Both the position numbers and the translations under genes were made by a program. Below, piece by piece: positions 45,201-57,707 of a DNA stretch of 64,000 bases (its first letter is position 1; every line of letters begins with the position of its first letter). A model generated the notes under the pieces. The model had not been told where the DNA came from. It made no database searches and saw only the letters and a program-made list of their open reading frames with translations. This DNA comes from Mantamonas sphyraenae STR306 (Eukaryota; Protista; CRuMs). Where the stretch lies: positions 1 to 64,000 of the forward strand of contig JAPMXV010000034.1 of assembly GCA_026936335.1 (NCBI GenBank). The letters run 5' to 3'.

Positions 45201-48200
45201 GTATTGACGTCGCGTTTACTGAGGACCCAGCGGGAGCGTACACGGGCAGGTACCTCCCGCGCGAAGTCGGCAATCACACCATGCATGTCTCTCTCAACAA
45301 CCAAACACTGTACCAGTCGCCGTATCGTGTTGATGTGGTGGGTGCCGTCAACATCACCTCGTTCTCGCCGGTGTCCGGGCCGAACTCGGGTGACACCCGC
45401 ATCACCATCTACGGAGATAACTTTGTGGACTCAACCGACCTGAAAGCATACGTTGGTGGGGAAGCATGTCGCAGCACCATCTATGCTTCCCGCAATGGAT
45501 TGTGTGTATCAGCGGGGCAGGTACCGCAAACGACTTGAAGAACGTCACCGTCACCAACAATGCTCAAAACTTCACCACTGCCGCGAGCACATTCAAGTAT
45601 TACACGCCATCTACGGTGACCCGATTCAACCCCGAGACGGCCATCATCTATGGTCGCTCGGTGATCACCATCTTCGGCACGAACTTCCTGGACACGCCCG
45701 AGCTCAAGTGCATCTTTGGCACAACGGAAGCGGAAATCACCCAACTTCCGGTGACATATGTTTCGGCAACCAAGATGGAGTGTCGCACTCCTGCGCATGC
45801 CATTGGCCCGGTCAATGTCGGTGTCGCCAACAACGGCCAACAGTTTCAGTATCAACCGGCCAAGACGGACCTACCCGAGTTCCGCTTCTTTGAGCCCTTC
45901 TCGCCCATGTGTCGAACAGCAGGCGAGCTGGAGGTCGGGGTGGCCACGCGTACGAGTCTGGGTATCGAGTATCTGCCCAACGTGGCCATCAACGCCACCG
46001 TCAACACAAGCACTCTCGTGGGCGACGGTCTTTTCCCGTTGGGAATCGTCGACGGCGACCGCTGCTGCGACCAGACTCTGGAGAACCAGGGTATCAAGTG
46101 CGGTGTGTCTTTTCCAACCAACATCACGGGCAACGTGGTCGTGGACATTACGCTCGACCGGCAGGCGTTTGTCAACGAGTTTGTCACGGCGTGGTTCAAA
46201 CCCTGTCAAAACCAGCCCCCGTTGTTTGACATCCAACTGTTCAATCTCACCACCAACGACTTTTCGCCACTCATCACGCGTGTCACCAAGGCTGGCGTGG
46301 CATCCACTTCGCAACAGCGTCCCTGTTTCTTTATCCCCTCTGACAAAGACGATGTGTCGCTGTGCATCGATTTCATGGCCACCGAGGTGCGTTCGAATCG
46401 CTTCCGCTTGACATTCAACAACAGTGTCGATGCGATGAATCTCCAGGCCGGGACCGAGGTCGCGGGCAACCTCTTTGAGTTTGAGGTCCACGGCGTGTTT
46501 GTGGACACCCCCGAGTTCCTCGCATTCCAACAGGATCTGTCCACAGTGTCTAACCTCACAGCGGCCGAGCTCGTGCCAGTGCCCACCGTCAGCCTGTACA
46601 CGCTCAACCACCAGCGCGAGAGCCTCTTTACGAACGACACAACGACCCGTGTGGCCTATTTCAATGTCACCCGCCTCGGATCAACTAGCTCAAACCTGGC
46701 TTCGTCCCTTACCGGCTCGTTCAATGTGTCCTTCGTGGGCGGTGTGGCCAACTTTTCCGACCTCGTGTTTGTGCAACCCGTGGCAGACACGTACACGTTT
46801 ACCTACTACACGGACAACAACCTGGTGGTGGTGAACACTACCGTGCGCGTCGTGATTGGGCCAGCAGTGTATCTGCGTTTGGACTCGGGCAACGGCCAGT
46901 CGTGGCTGTCAGCCAAAACCGTGCAGCTGTCCGCCATTTCACTGTCCCTCATGGACGGTGGAAACAACTTTTTGGGCTCCACAGACACGGGCCATCAGGT
47001 CAACGCAACTGTGGACAAGACACTGCAGTCGTTCAGTGGCAACAGCGTGGTCAGCTCCAACGGCGTGGCCACCTTTGCCAACATCTCCTTTGTGCGACCT
47101 GTGCGCGACACGTACACTCTGACCTTCAGTATTCCTGGAGTACGTAATGTGTCGGCAACGTTCACCATCACCGAAGGTCTTCCAGACTCGCTTGTCGTGC
47201 AGTCGACGTTTGCTGCCGCCATCTTTTCGTCCACAAACACCACTGTCAGCACTGTGTCCATTCGTGTATTGGACGCAGGAGGCCAGCTGTCCACCCTCAA
47301 CGCACTCGGCACGCCTGTAACCGCGACAGTGGTCAATGGGTCGACCGGGCCGAATGCAGCGGTGTTCACAGGCCAGACCACACGCACGCCCGTGGCCGGC
47401 ATCGTCACGTTCCCACAAGGGACTGTGTTCATGCAAAACACGCGCTTCGGCAACTATTTGGTGTCATTCACTGCGGCTGGGTTGGCAAACACAAGTACGG
47501 TGCTCACTGTCAACATCGGCACGCCGATTGTCATGAAACTGGACAGTGCTCCTGTGGTCAGCTACCAATCCGTGCCCACCGTGATCGTACAACCCGTGGT
47601 GCTGAAGGGCTACGACGCTGGTGACACCTTTGTCGGCGCGGCAGACTCTGTGCTGCGCACCGCGACCGTGGCGCCCGTGTCCAACAGCACGGGCCTGCAG
47701 CTCGTGGGCCAGACCACGGTCAACATGACTTTTGGCGTGGCGAACTTTTCGCAGCTGCAACTACTGGCCCCCGTGATAGGTGTGTACGAGTTCGAATTTG
47801 CTGTTTCGGGTCTCACCAAGGTGCGCTTGAACCTAACGGTGACTGTGGGTCCCGTGCATCGCTTGGTGCTGCGTACCAACAGCTCTATCACAACCACAAC
47901 CAAGGTGTTGGACACTCTACCCACCGTGCGCATCCAGGCCATCGATGCCGGAGGCACGTTTGTCGGCGGTTCGGACGTGGCCAACCGTACTATTGTGGCC
48001 TCGTTGGACAAGCGCCCGCAAACCCTGCAAACCGCAGGTGCCACTGCATTTATGATCAACGGGACGGTGGAGTTTTCGTCGCTGCAGCTTGTACGTGCGC
48101 TGCAAGACTCGTACACGGTGAACTTCACCACACCCGGACTCAACGTCATCCAGGTTGTGGTCAATGTCAGCATTGGAAGCCCTTTCCGCCTGACTGTCAA

Positions 48201-51200
48201 TACCACATCCAATGCGGTGTACCGCTCGTCAGCCAGCAGCGCCATTGCCCCGATTGCGATGAAGGTGCTCGATCCGGCCGACCAGGTGGTCACTGACGCA
48301 GCCGCTACAGGCTTGAACGCAGGTGTGCTGCAGTTCAACGCAACGTTGAGTCTTTCTGGGACGTATGTCGCGGTTCTGACGTCTGCCACGCGTGTTTTCA
48401 ATGATATTGCTCTTGTGAAGCCAAAGATCGGTTCCTATGTGTTCGTGTTGGGTGGTACGGGCTTGTTGAACGCGACTGTGCAGTTCAGCGTCGTGCAGGG
48501 CGAGCCACACCGACTGGCCATCACGTCGGCTGCGGCTGTGGAGTACCCGGCCCAACCCGTTGTGTCTGTGCAAGCGGTGACGGCAGACGTGTTTGACGTG
48601 GCGGACAACTTTGCAAGTGATGCTTCTGGTTTGCAAATCGAGGCGGTGGTGACAGCGCCGGCTTTGTCGTTCACCTCGCCAACGTTTAGCGGCGTGGTCC
48701 AGGCAGGGCGCATCAACATGACCAACCTGCAGCTAAGCAAGCCGCTGAATGGCACGTACGTGGTAACGCTTACGTCGCCAAACATCACCGGTGCTTCGGA
48801 CACAACCTTCCTCTTTGTGCGCCCTGGTCCTGCGGTCGAGTTTACGGCAGTTGCACAGTCACCCGGACCTTTCCCGAGCAAGGCGTTGACGCAGCTTACC
48901 AACATCACTGTGCGTGTGTTGGATATCAACGGTGATCTTGTGCCCCCGCAATTCGCTGTAAACGGACGCGTGGCTACAATCTCGCTCGTTTCGACGCCGG
49001 TTAACGTGACCACGCAGTTGCTGGGTACGTTGACGCAGCCCGTAAACGGGTCAACCGCGCAGTTCGACGACCTGCAGTTCACCTCACCCGTAGCTGGTGT
49101 GTATGGCCTGCGCATCGATTCGACCGGGCTTGATTCCGTGTCTGTGAATGTGAATGTGTCCATCGGGCCCGCGGTGAAGCTGGTGCGCGTCTCGCCGCTT
49201 CCTGGCGCCGAACCCGTGTTGCAGTCCCTGCGAACTGTGTCCGTGCCGTCCATCACCCTTCGGGCAGTCGACGCAGGTGGCTCATTCGTTGGTGCCACCG
49301 ACACAGAGAGCCGTGTCGTAAATGCCACAAGCGATACAACCTCGTTTGGGGGAACCACGAGCGTGACGATGCAAAACGGCGATGTCGTGTTTTCTGGGCT
49401 GACGTTTGTGCGGCCTCGCAACGCCACATACTCGCTTGTGTTTGCCACGCCGGGACTCGTCAACCATAGCATGAGTGTGGTTATTGTCACGGGCCCGCCC
49501 GACGCGTTGTTCATCGAGACAACGACATTGGCCTCTGTGGCTTCGGCGGACCAGTCGCCGATTCCGTCGCTGCGCTTGATTACTCTCGATGCCGGAGGAG
49601 GATTTACCACGCTGACGTCGAGCAACGATACCGTGCATGTGTCTGCAAATGGAACCGTGGCGCTGCTGGGTAACCGCACGGTGTCGTTTGACAAGGGTGA
49701 AGCTGTGTTTGTCGACCTCCGCTTGAGTGCGCCTCCCAAGGGTGTGTATGCGCTGACGTTCAACAGTTCCGGTCTTGCTGGCGAGTTGGTGTTTGTGCCT
49801 GTGGTTGTGGGCTCGCCCGTGCGCCTGATCGTGCCCGTGGCGTTGCAGAGGCAGGTCCAACGGTCTTTGGCGACGGTACAGGTGTCCACAGTGACTGTGC
49901 AGTCTTTGGATGCGGGTGGGAACCTTGTCGGAGCCCAGGACGCGGTTTCGCGCACTCTAAGCGTTCGCACGACCAACCAGTCTGCATTGTCCACTGTTTC
50001 TGGTGCCAGCAACTACACGATGACGAGCGGCAACGCCAGTGTGGACTCTGTGCAGCTTCTGAAGCCCAGCAACGGCCTGTACCAGTTTGAGATCTCGTCG
50101 CAGGGTTTGCAGTCGGCGTCGTTTGACGTGCAGATTATCACTGGTCCCCCGGCCACCTTGGTCCTTGGTTCAGTGGCCCAACAGTCTCACCCATCCGTGG
50201 AGACGGTTCGTGTTGACGACATTGTGGTGCGCGCGATCGACAGTGGAGGCTCGTTTGTGGGTAGTACCGACTCGCAGGTGCGGCCTGTGCGCGTGTGGTC
50301 GCCTCAGATTCAGTTTGAAGGCACTCTCGTGTACCAGATGGAGAATGGCACCACAGTGCTGAACGACTTGCAGCTGCGCAGACCCGTGGTCGGAAGTTAC
50401 CGCTTGGACATCTCCTCGCCGGGTATGACGAACACGAGTGTGCTGGTGAACGTGACAATCGGTCCCGTGGCTACTCTGCAGCTGTCGAGTGCATGGAACG
50501 GCACCTTCCAGAGCAACCTGAGCGTTCAGTTGGACAGCATTTCGTTGCGGGCCCTCGATATTGGTGGCACCTTTGTGCAGAGCAGCGACGACGCTACGCA
50601 ACGCCGAGTTGAGCTGAGCATCCCTTCATTGAATGTGGTTGGCTCCGCCACACGTGTGATGAGCCAAGGCACCGTTTTGTTTGACGACATCCGCTTGCTG
50701 AAGCCCGTGCAAGGCACGTATCAGCTTGTGTTGAGCAGTGCGGGACTGGCCAACATCACACTGCCCATTGTGATTGTGCAGGGACCACCGCTGACTCTGG
50801 TCGCAGTTCCTCACACCACCACGCCGTACAAGACGGCCGATCTTGTACCGCTGCAGCCAGTGCAGGTGCGAACCACGGATGCCGGTGGGTTGTTTTCAAA
50901 GGTGCCTCCGCTGAACCCGGTGCTCAGCGTGGGCGTGGATCCCTCCTCGCCCGCGCTTACTCTGCAAGGCACGTTGAACGCCAACGTCGTGGCTGGCGTG
51001 GCCACTTTCAACAACCTGCAATTGGTACGCCCGCGCTCATACGGCGCGAACGTGAACGAATCGTTCTACACGCTGAGAATAACCGGTGACGGTCTGGAGT
51101 CCACTTCGGTGCGCCTCTACATTGCCATTGGTGAGCCACAGACGATGCAACTGAGTGCAAGCGTCAACTTGTTCTACCCGTGTGTGCAAAGGACGAAGCT

Positions 51201-54200
51201 GGCCGACGTTACCTTGCGTCTGTTGGATGCGGCTGGAGTCTTTGTGGGCGCTACAGACCAGGCCAACCGCACGCTGGTGGCCTCATTGCGCAACTACACC
51301 CTCGCGAACAGTCCGTTGGAGGTTGCAGGGACGCAGGTGGACGTCAAGGATGGACAGGGTGTGTTCGGCAACCTTGTGCTGACCGCCCCCAAGGTGGGCT
51401 TCTACACTGTGGACGTCACACTTGCAGGCATTCCATCTCGTTCTGTGCAATTCCGTGTGACCCCCGGCACGCCGTTGCGCCTCACTGTCATTTCGCCGCA
51501 GAATGTGACTGTTCCTTCGCTTGCGCAGTCCAACCTGCCGACCATCACATTGGGCGAGCTGGATGCAGGCGAGAATCTGGTGGGGAAGGAAGACACGCTG
51601 ACACGTATCATCGTGGCGTCTGTGGCCCAGTCGGCCGGTGGCATTGGTCTCAATCAAGAGGCTCTGCCGACCGTGCTGATGGGCGGTGCAACCAGGCTGG
51701 AGATGGTGTCGGGCAACGTTCAGTTCACCACATTGAACCTGTTGAACCCGAAGCAAGGAAGGCATGTGATCCGGTTTGACCACGTGATTCTGCAGAGTGT
51801 GGACAAGCTGCGCGACGTCAGTCTGAACGTGGAGGTCACCCTGGGTGCAGCCGCTTCTCTTCGCGTGGAAGGAAGCGCAAATCTGACGGTGTCGTACACT
51901 GGCAACGGTTTGGGTCGTGTTGATCTGCCCACTGTGGTCATTGTGCTCGCCGATGCTGGTGGCAACGTGGCATCTGAACCTGGTTCGCGCCTTGTTTCCG
52001 TCAATGTGACGCAAGGAGGTGCGGGCACAGCAGCAGCCACATCAGCAGGCGTTCTGGTCGGCAAGTTTACCGCTTCGCTCGTGGCCAGGTCAGTGTTGCT
52101 GCCCGGCTCGGTGATCACGCGCCCTACCGCCTTTGATGCAACGCGTCAGTCGATTGTGGCTGTGTTTGACACGCTGCGCCTTACGCCGCAGGTGGGCGAG
52201 TATGGGTTCCGCTTCTACAGCCCTGGCCTGGAGTCGATCGACATGTACATCCAGGTGCGCGCAGGTCCACCTGCGCAATTGCGTCTGGTGCAGGATTTCC
52301 GCCAGACCATTGACAACAGTGAGCCGCGACTGCCGTTGCCCATGGTGGTGGATATTTTGGACGATGTCAACAACATTGTGCCGCTGAACACTGGCGCGAG
52401 TGGTGTGTCTGTGACGTTGGAGCTGGACAAGCTCCCGCGCGAAAACCAAGCTGGAGTCAACGTGACCATTGTGCAAGGGCGCATGACCATCGCCAACATC
52501 CCGTTTGTTGGCCGTCGTGGCTCTGCGTATCCGCCCAGTCTTGTGCTGCTGGTGGACAGTACGCGCGTTTTTGCGCGCACATACGACAACCAAAACGTGA
52601 CTGTGATCCCGTGTAGTGATTCCACGGAGCCGAACTCGGAAACTGGTTGCCGCTGCCGCGCTGGTTTCCGCCAAACCGGCACTGGAACGGACGGCAGTCC
52701 CGTTTGCATTGAATGCCAGAACGGCGAGTACCAGTCTCAGCCTGGAGAGAGCGTGTGCCTCAAGTGCTCAGCCAACAGTGACACGGGCGGACTGGTGGGT
52801 TCCATCTCTCTCGACGCGTGCATCTGCAAGGAAAACTTCTACTCGCTGACGGGCAGGGACTCGGATTGCGTAAAGTGCCCCAGCGGTGCGGTGTGCACAC
52901 AAGGGACGCCCATCCAGCCGAACCCGGGCTACTACCGTTTTGACGCCAGCTCGCCCGATTCTGTGTTCGAATGCCCCAATGTGGAGGCGTGCCGAGGCGG
53001 TGCCAACTCGACTTGCTCAAAGGGCTACAAGGGCCCGCTGTGCTCTGTGTGTGAGGAAGGCTACGGTCGATTCGGCCAGACTTGCCTGATTTTGCACCAA
53101 CGACGACACACAGTGGGGTCTGATGGGAGCCAGTGCGTTTGCGGTGATTGTTGTGTTTGCGCTGTTTGTGCGCTCCGCCACAGGCCGCAAGTCCAAACTG
53201 TCCATCATCTTCAAGATTCTGCTGAACTACCTGCAGGTGTTGGCCATGGTGGGCGAGTTCCAGCTCAAGTGGTCGCGTGAAGTGACCAACATGTTTCAGT
53301 TCCAGGCGTTGACCCTGATTTCTCTCGATGTGCACCCGATCCAGTGCACGTTGCGGCTGGACTTTTACGAGCGCTACTACGTGACCATTGCATCCGTACT
53401 GCTTGTGATGATTGTGCCTGCCGTGTTTCTGGTGATCCTGTATCTGGTGGTGGCCAAGATCATGCCGTTGGCCGGCAACCGCGCCACGCTGGAGAACTGG
53501 GTTTCCGACATGGAGAGCTTTCAACACCAGGAGGTGGCGGTGGATTACCGTACACAAGGTGTGAAGCGACGCAAGAAGCGACCGGGAGTAGGTGGCCAGC
53601 CGTCAAGCGAAGACGAGCCTGCACGCCTCTCACGCACCGATAGCACCGACTCAGACCGCATGAGCGTTTACATGAACGACTCCTCCCTGCTGGCGGCAGC
53701 GCTGAAGCGAGAGGGGGCGCGTGTGGAAAAAGAAAAGGCCGAGGCTGCCCGCACGGCTGCTGCTGCAGGGGACCAGGACGACGACGGTGAAGATGGCAAG
53801 AAGGAAGAGGCGGCCAATTCTGTGGTAAGGCAACACAAGACCTGGAACGGCAAGGTGATCGACATCTACGAACGTCAGACTGGCGAGTGGCGCCCTCGCC
53901 TTCGCTCGGCAGAGGAGCTGCTGCGTTTGCGCCTGTTCAACTTTTACGTGATCATCAACCTGGTGTTTTTCATTCTGTCCCACCCGGGTCTGTCCAAGGT
54001 GACGCTTCAGGTGTTTGACTGCGTGGATTTCGGCAACAGGGTGGACTTTTTTGTGAGCAGCGACATGTCCATTTCATGCAAGGATCCGGAGTACATTGCG
54101 TTCAGCACCCAGGTCGCGCTGCCGGTGTTGATTGTGTATTGCATTGGCGGCCTGGTGGCCGTGGCATACACGCTCTTCAGCAACCGATACTACTTGACGA

Positions 54201-55156
54201 CGCCTCGGGCGATTGCTCGATTCCGCTTCCTGTACGACGGATACCAAGGCAAGCGCTTCTACTGGGAGATCCTCATCATTCTGCGCAAGCTGTTCATTGT
54301 GGCCACGAGTGTGTTTGCCCGTTACACGCCCCTGCTGCAGTTGTATCTTGGGTTGTGGCTGACCCTGGGAGCGCTTGTGCTGCACATGTACGGTCGTCCC
54401 TTCAGCTCGCGCGTAGCAACCAACTTGGAGACGCTTGCGCTCAGTGCGACGTCCATCACCCTGCTGAGTGGCATGTTGTTCTACTCGGGCGACGAGATGG
54501 ACTTTGTCACGGGCTTCCTGCTGTCGTGGATTCTCGTTGTCCTCAACTTCCTCGTGGTGGCAGTCATCATTGCCATGAGCACGGGTGTGGCGGCCAAGAT
54601 CGTGGCTGCACGTTTGCGCAAGGATGACGAGGAAGAGGAAGAGCGCGTGTTTGTGGCAACCACAGCCATGGCTGGCTTCGATGCACAGGCGTTCCTGATG
54701 AACAAGCGTGCATCGGTTGCTCCTGGAGCACGAATGGGCAGGCGTGACAGCGTGGTTGAGCGTATGCGCAGCGACTCCTCTGCGTCGGACATGACCGCGC
54801 AGCTGCCATCATCGCTCTCCCCAATGCGACCAAGAACGCTGTCCACGAGTGTAGACAGTGCTCCGTCTGTATTTACGACAGAGGCGGAAGAGGAAGATAT
54901 GGAAGAGGAGGAGACCGTTCAACAGTTTGTTTTTGTTGAGGAGGACGCCGAGGAGACGGACGAGGCACGTGAAGAGCGGCTCAAGATGGAAAAGCGACGG
55001 GCTAGGCGCAAGGCCAAGAAACAGGCGCTGGAAGAGGCGGTCAGTGCCTCGGTGGAGAGTGACACGCTGACGACAGAGGTTGTCAGCGAGTCTGTGGAGA
55101 GTGAGGCGCCTGTGCGTGAAGGAGAGGGTGAGGAGAGCACTGCGGCGTTCCTGTAG
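36249..55156 (+). CDS. Giant (~6,200 aa) surface protein: signal peptide, LamG-like, ~24 filamin-type Ig repeats, 2 IPT/TIG, discoidin-like, ~18 Ig-like repeats, Cys-rich region, multipass TM domain; introns 36652-36784 and 36995-37095; three 1-nt indels (~43983, ~45490, ~53081)
   Basis: Four overlapping long ORFs (37149, 43991, 45466, 53123) continue the same domain series across single-base shifts; repeated RD(A)FGNNR...G.Y...GSPF; KILLNYLQV and FLYDGY..KRFYWEILIILRKL TM motifs. Confidence 0.82.
38214..40762 (+). repeat. Four near-identical 639-bp tandem repeats (213 aa = two filamin-type domains each), starting at 38214, 38853, 39492 and 40131
   Basis: 'acgcatgtgcc(t/g)caaaccttgagcagcggc' recurs every 639 nt with only a few substitutions. 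Confidence 0.97.
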
Positions 55157-55211
55157 GTGGAGTGCGCGCGTGGAAGCAATTGAAAGTTTGCTTTGAAACC
55201 CAAAGACCACC

Positions 55212-55972
55212 ATGAGCATGGACATTCTCGCAGCCGCATCATCGTATGAGCAACAGATGACACGATTGAAGACTATGCTCGACGCAGAGAAACGTGCACA
55301 TGCAGATACTCGGAAGGAGAAGGAGGAAGCGCATCAAGAGGTGCTGAAGATGCGGGCAAGGCTGGAGGAAATCGAGTCGGCGGCTCATGTGTGCCGAGAG
55401 GAGCTGGAAAGCTGTCGGCGGGATGCTCGCGTGATGGAGGATCGCATGGACCGAGAAAAAGAGATGTATGAGCAAGAACGCGGCAAGCTGAAACACCAAG
55501 AAGAAGAGATGCGACGCCGTTTGTGAGTTATGAGTGACCAGGTGAGGGGTGTGTCGAATTGGAGCAAACAGAATTCCTGACACGGATGGGCGGGCACAAA
55601 CACGCGTCAACACCGGGGTTGGGGATGTGTATGTGCACATGGCACATCAGGTCGGAGGTCGAGCTGGAGTACGATCATATGGAGACAGCGGTGTCGGAGG
55701 AGCGACGCTGGATGGACAAGGAGGCGCGTGTCCAGTCTGTAAGGGAGCTGGAGGAGCAACTGAAAGAGAGCCGAGGGAACGTCGATGCCATGGAAAAGGA
55801 CATCCAAGAGCTTGAGGCGTACCTAGACAACCTGGAGCGGGTGACGCAGGAGCGTGAACGGGTCCTGCACGAATACGCGTGTCCTACGTGTGGAGCCGCG
55901 TTTGCTGGAGAGGACCAAGCCAGCGATGGGACAGGCAGTGCGGAAAAGGAAAACAGCAGCGACAACATGTGA
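55212..55972 (+). CDS. Hypothetical coiled-coil protein; intron 55523-55650
   Basis: Two E/K/R-rich heptad ORFs joined in phase by gtgagt...catcag; CPTC near the C-terminus. Confidence 0.75.
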
Positions 55973-56002
55973 AGAGTGCATTGCGAGGCAGCGCCGAGTC
56001 GT

Positions 56003-57610
56003 TCACCAGGCAGATCCAGTCCCCGTGCCAATGGAGTCCTGTTGCTGCGCTTCACGTTGTAACAATGCGTCCAGTGTGACCTTGTGCTTGCCTTTGCCCT
56101 TCGTGTCCATGACTTTGGGAGTGCTTGTCCCCTCTGTCGACAGATCTTGCGCAACAAAAGGCTTCTGCGACTTCTTGGCAGACTTGACCACCTCACGCTT
56201 GAGTACGCCGTCGTCCAGATGCTTCTTCTTTTTGCCTCGACGCAGTTTCTTGCGTTTTGTTTGGTGATCCTCTGTGTGATCGCCTTCCACACGTGTGGCA
56301 TCCGAACGCTCATCGTTCTGCTCGTGGGACTCGGGTGTCTCGCGGATGCTCTTCTCCGTGTTGTTCTTTGCCTTGTCGGTACCCTTGCTCTTGCCCTTCA
56401 CCTTGCTCTTTCCACTGTCCGTGCCCATGCCCTTCTCCTTGCCTTTGCCCTTCTCCTTGCCTTTGCCCTTCTCCTTGCCTTTGCCCTTCTCCTTGCCTTT
56501 GCCTTTGCCTTTGCCCTTCTCCTTGCTCTTTCCATTGTCCGTGCCCTTGCCTTTTCCCTTTCTTGGGCGTCGATCGTCACCCAAGCTGTCTTGTACACGC
56601 TGTCGTTTGTGATGCTGAAGTGGTGATTCAGTCAAAGATGAGGACGCTTCGTCCTCCACTGAGCCACCATGGTCGCCACGAGTGTTTTCGTCATCACCGA
56701 GAGGACGCTTCCGAGCTGGGCGCTCACGGGTGCTGCTGGAGGAGGCCAATTCACCCTGGTTCTGTTCATAAATCCTCTGCATGCGCTGTTGCTGCTGCTG
56801 GATACGGCGTTGGCGACGTGCTTGCTTCCCACCCTTGGGTGTGCGGTTGACACCGTCGAGCACACGCAAATGAGGCATGTTCTCCACAATAGCCTCCTCG
56901 TATCCTTCTTCCTTGCACAGCGGATTGCCCTTTACGTTGAGCTGCACCATGTTCTTGAGCAGATGCAACTGCTCTAGCCTGGCGGTGCTGTCCAACAGAT
57001 TGTTGCCCACGTCCAGCAGCTTCAGGCTGAACGGTAGAAACTCAGGCAGTGCAATGAGCCGGTTGTTGTTCAATCGCAACTCTGTCAAGTGTTCCAGCGT
57101 TTTGATGCCCACAGGGAGTGCAGTGAGCTGGTTGTGAGACACAGAGAGCTTGGCAAGCGAGTGGAGACCGGACAGCCCCTTGAGCGTGTCCAATTGGTTG
57201 TGAGACACCACCAACGAGTTGAGCTGTGGTAATCGGCCGATACCAACAAGGTCACTGAGCTTGTTGTGTGTGAGCACCAGTGCTTTGAGCTCGGTGAAGC
57301 GGGAGACACCTTCCACGCTGTGCAGCTGGTTGTGCGAAGCGTTCAGCACCACCAGAGAAGGCAGCTCGCCCAGAGTACGCAGAGACGACAGCTTGTTGTG
57401 TGCTACGTTCAGCCATGTCATCTCCAGATGCCGGGTCAAGAAGGACAGGCTCTCCAGTTGATTGTGTGAGACATCCATGCGGCGGACTTCCACCAGCATG
57501 TCCAGCTCCTCAATCTCCTCCAGCTCCATGTTCTTCAACTCCACACGCGTGGCAGTGCGCAGATCCCCATCTACCAACGAGGACAACTGCGCTAGGGTTA
57601 GCTTGCCCAT
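56003..57610 (-). CDS. Leucine-rich repeat protein (SDS22-like LRRs + LRRcap) with a Lys/Gly-rich basic tail
   Basis: Repeated LxxSHNQL; NPLCKEEGYEEAIVENMPHLRVLD cap; KGKGKE repeats. Confidence 0.88.
   Translation of the reverse strand: MGKLTLAQLSSLVDGDLRTATRVELKNMELEEIEELDMLVEVRRMDVSHNQLESLSFLTRHLEMTWLNVAHNKLSSLRTLGELPSLVVLNASHNQLHSVEGVSRFTELKALVLTHNKLSDLVGIGRLPQLNSLVVSHNQLDTLKGLSGLHSLAKLSVSHNQLTALPVGIKTLEHLTELRLNNNRLIALPEFLPFSLKLLDVGNNLLDSTARLEQLHLLKNMVQLNVKGNPLCKEEGYEEAIVENMPHLRVLDGVNRTPKGGKQARRQRRIQQQQQRMQRIYEQNQGELASSSSTRERPARKRPLGDDENTRGDHGGSVEDEASSSLTESPLQHHKRQRVQDSLGDDRRPRKGKGKGTDNGKSKEKGKGKGKGKEKGKGKEKGKGKEKGKGKEKGMGTDSGKSKVKGKSKGTDKAKNNTEKSIRETPESHEQNDERSDATRVEGDHTEDHQTKRKKLRRGKKKKHLDDGVLKREVVKSAKKSQKPFVAQDLSTEGTSTPKVMDTKGKGKHKVTLDALLQREAQQQDSIGTGTGSAW
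56431..56530 (-). repeat. 18-nt coding minisatellite (KGKGKE)n
   Basis: 'gcctttgcccttctcctt' in tandem on the + strand. Confidence 0.9.
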
Positions 57611-57707
57611 GGTGGATTGAGGGATGAATTGAGGGGGATGACGAGTTGGCGCCGCCCGCGGACGCAACTCCCCTCTCCACACACACACACGCACACACTT
57701 AGGGTCA

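Noticed and set aside
43975-53090. Programmed ribosomal frameshifting in the giant gene
   Set aside because: The shifts are -1, -1 and +1, with no shared slippery heptamer or adjacent stop motif; each is fixed by changing one short homopolymer.
57699-57704. Internal TTAGGG before the thioredoxin ATG
   Set aside because: A single hexamer is expected by chance.
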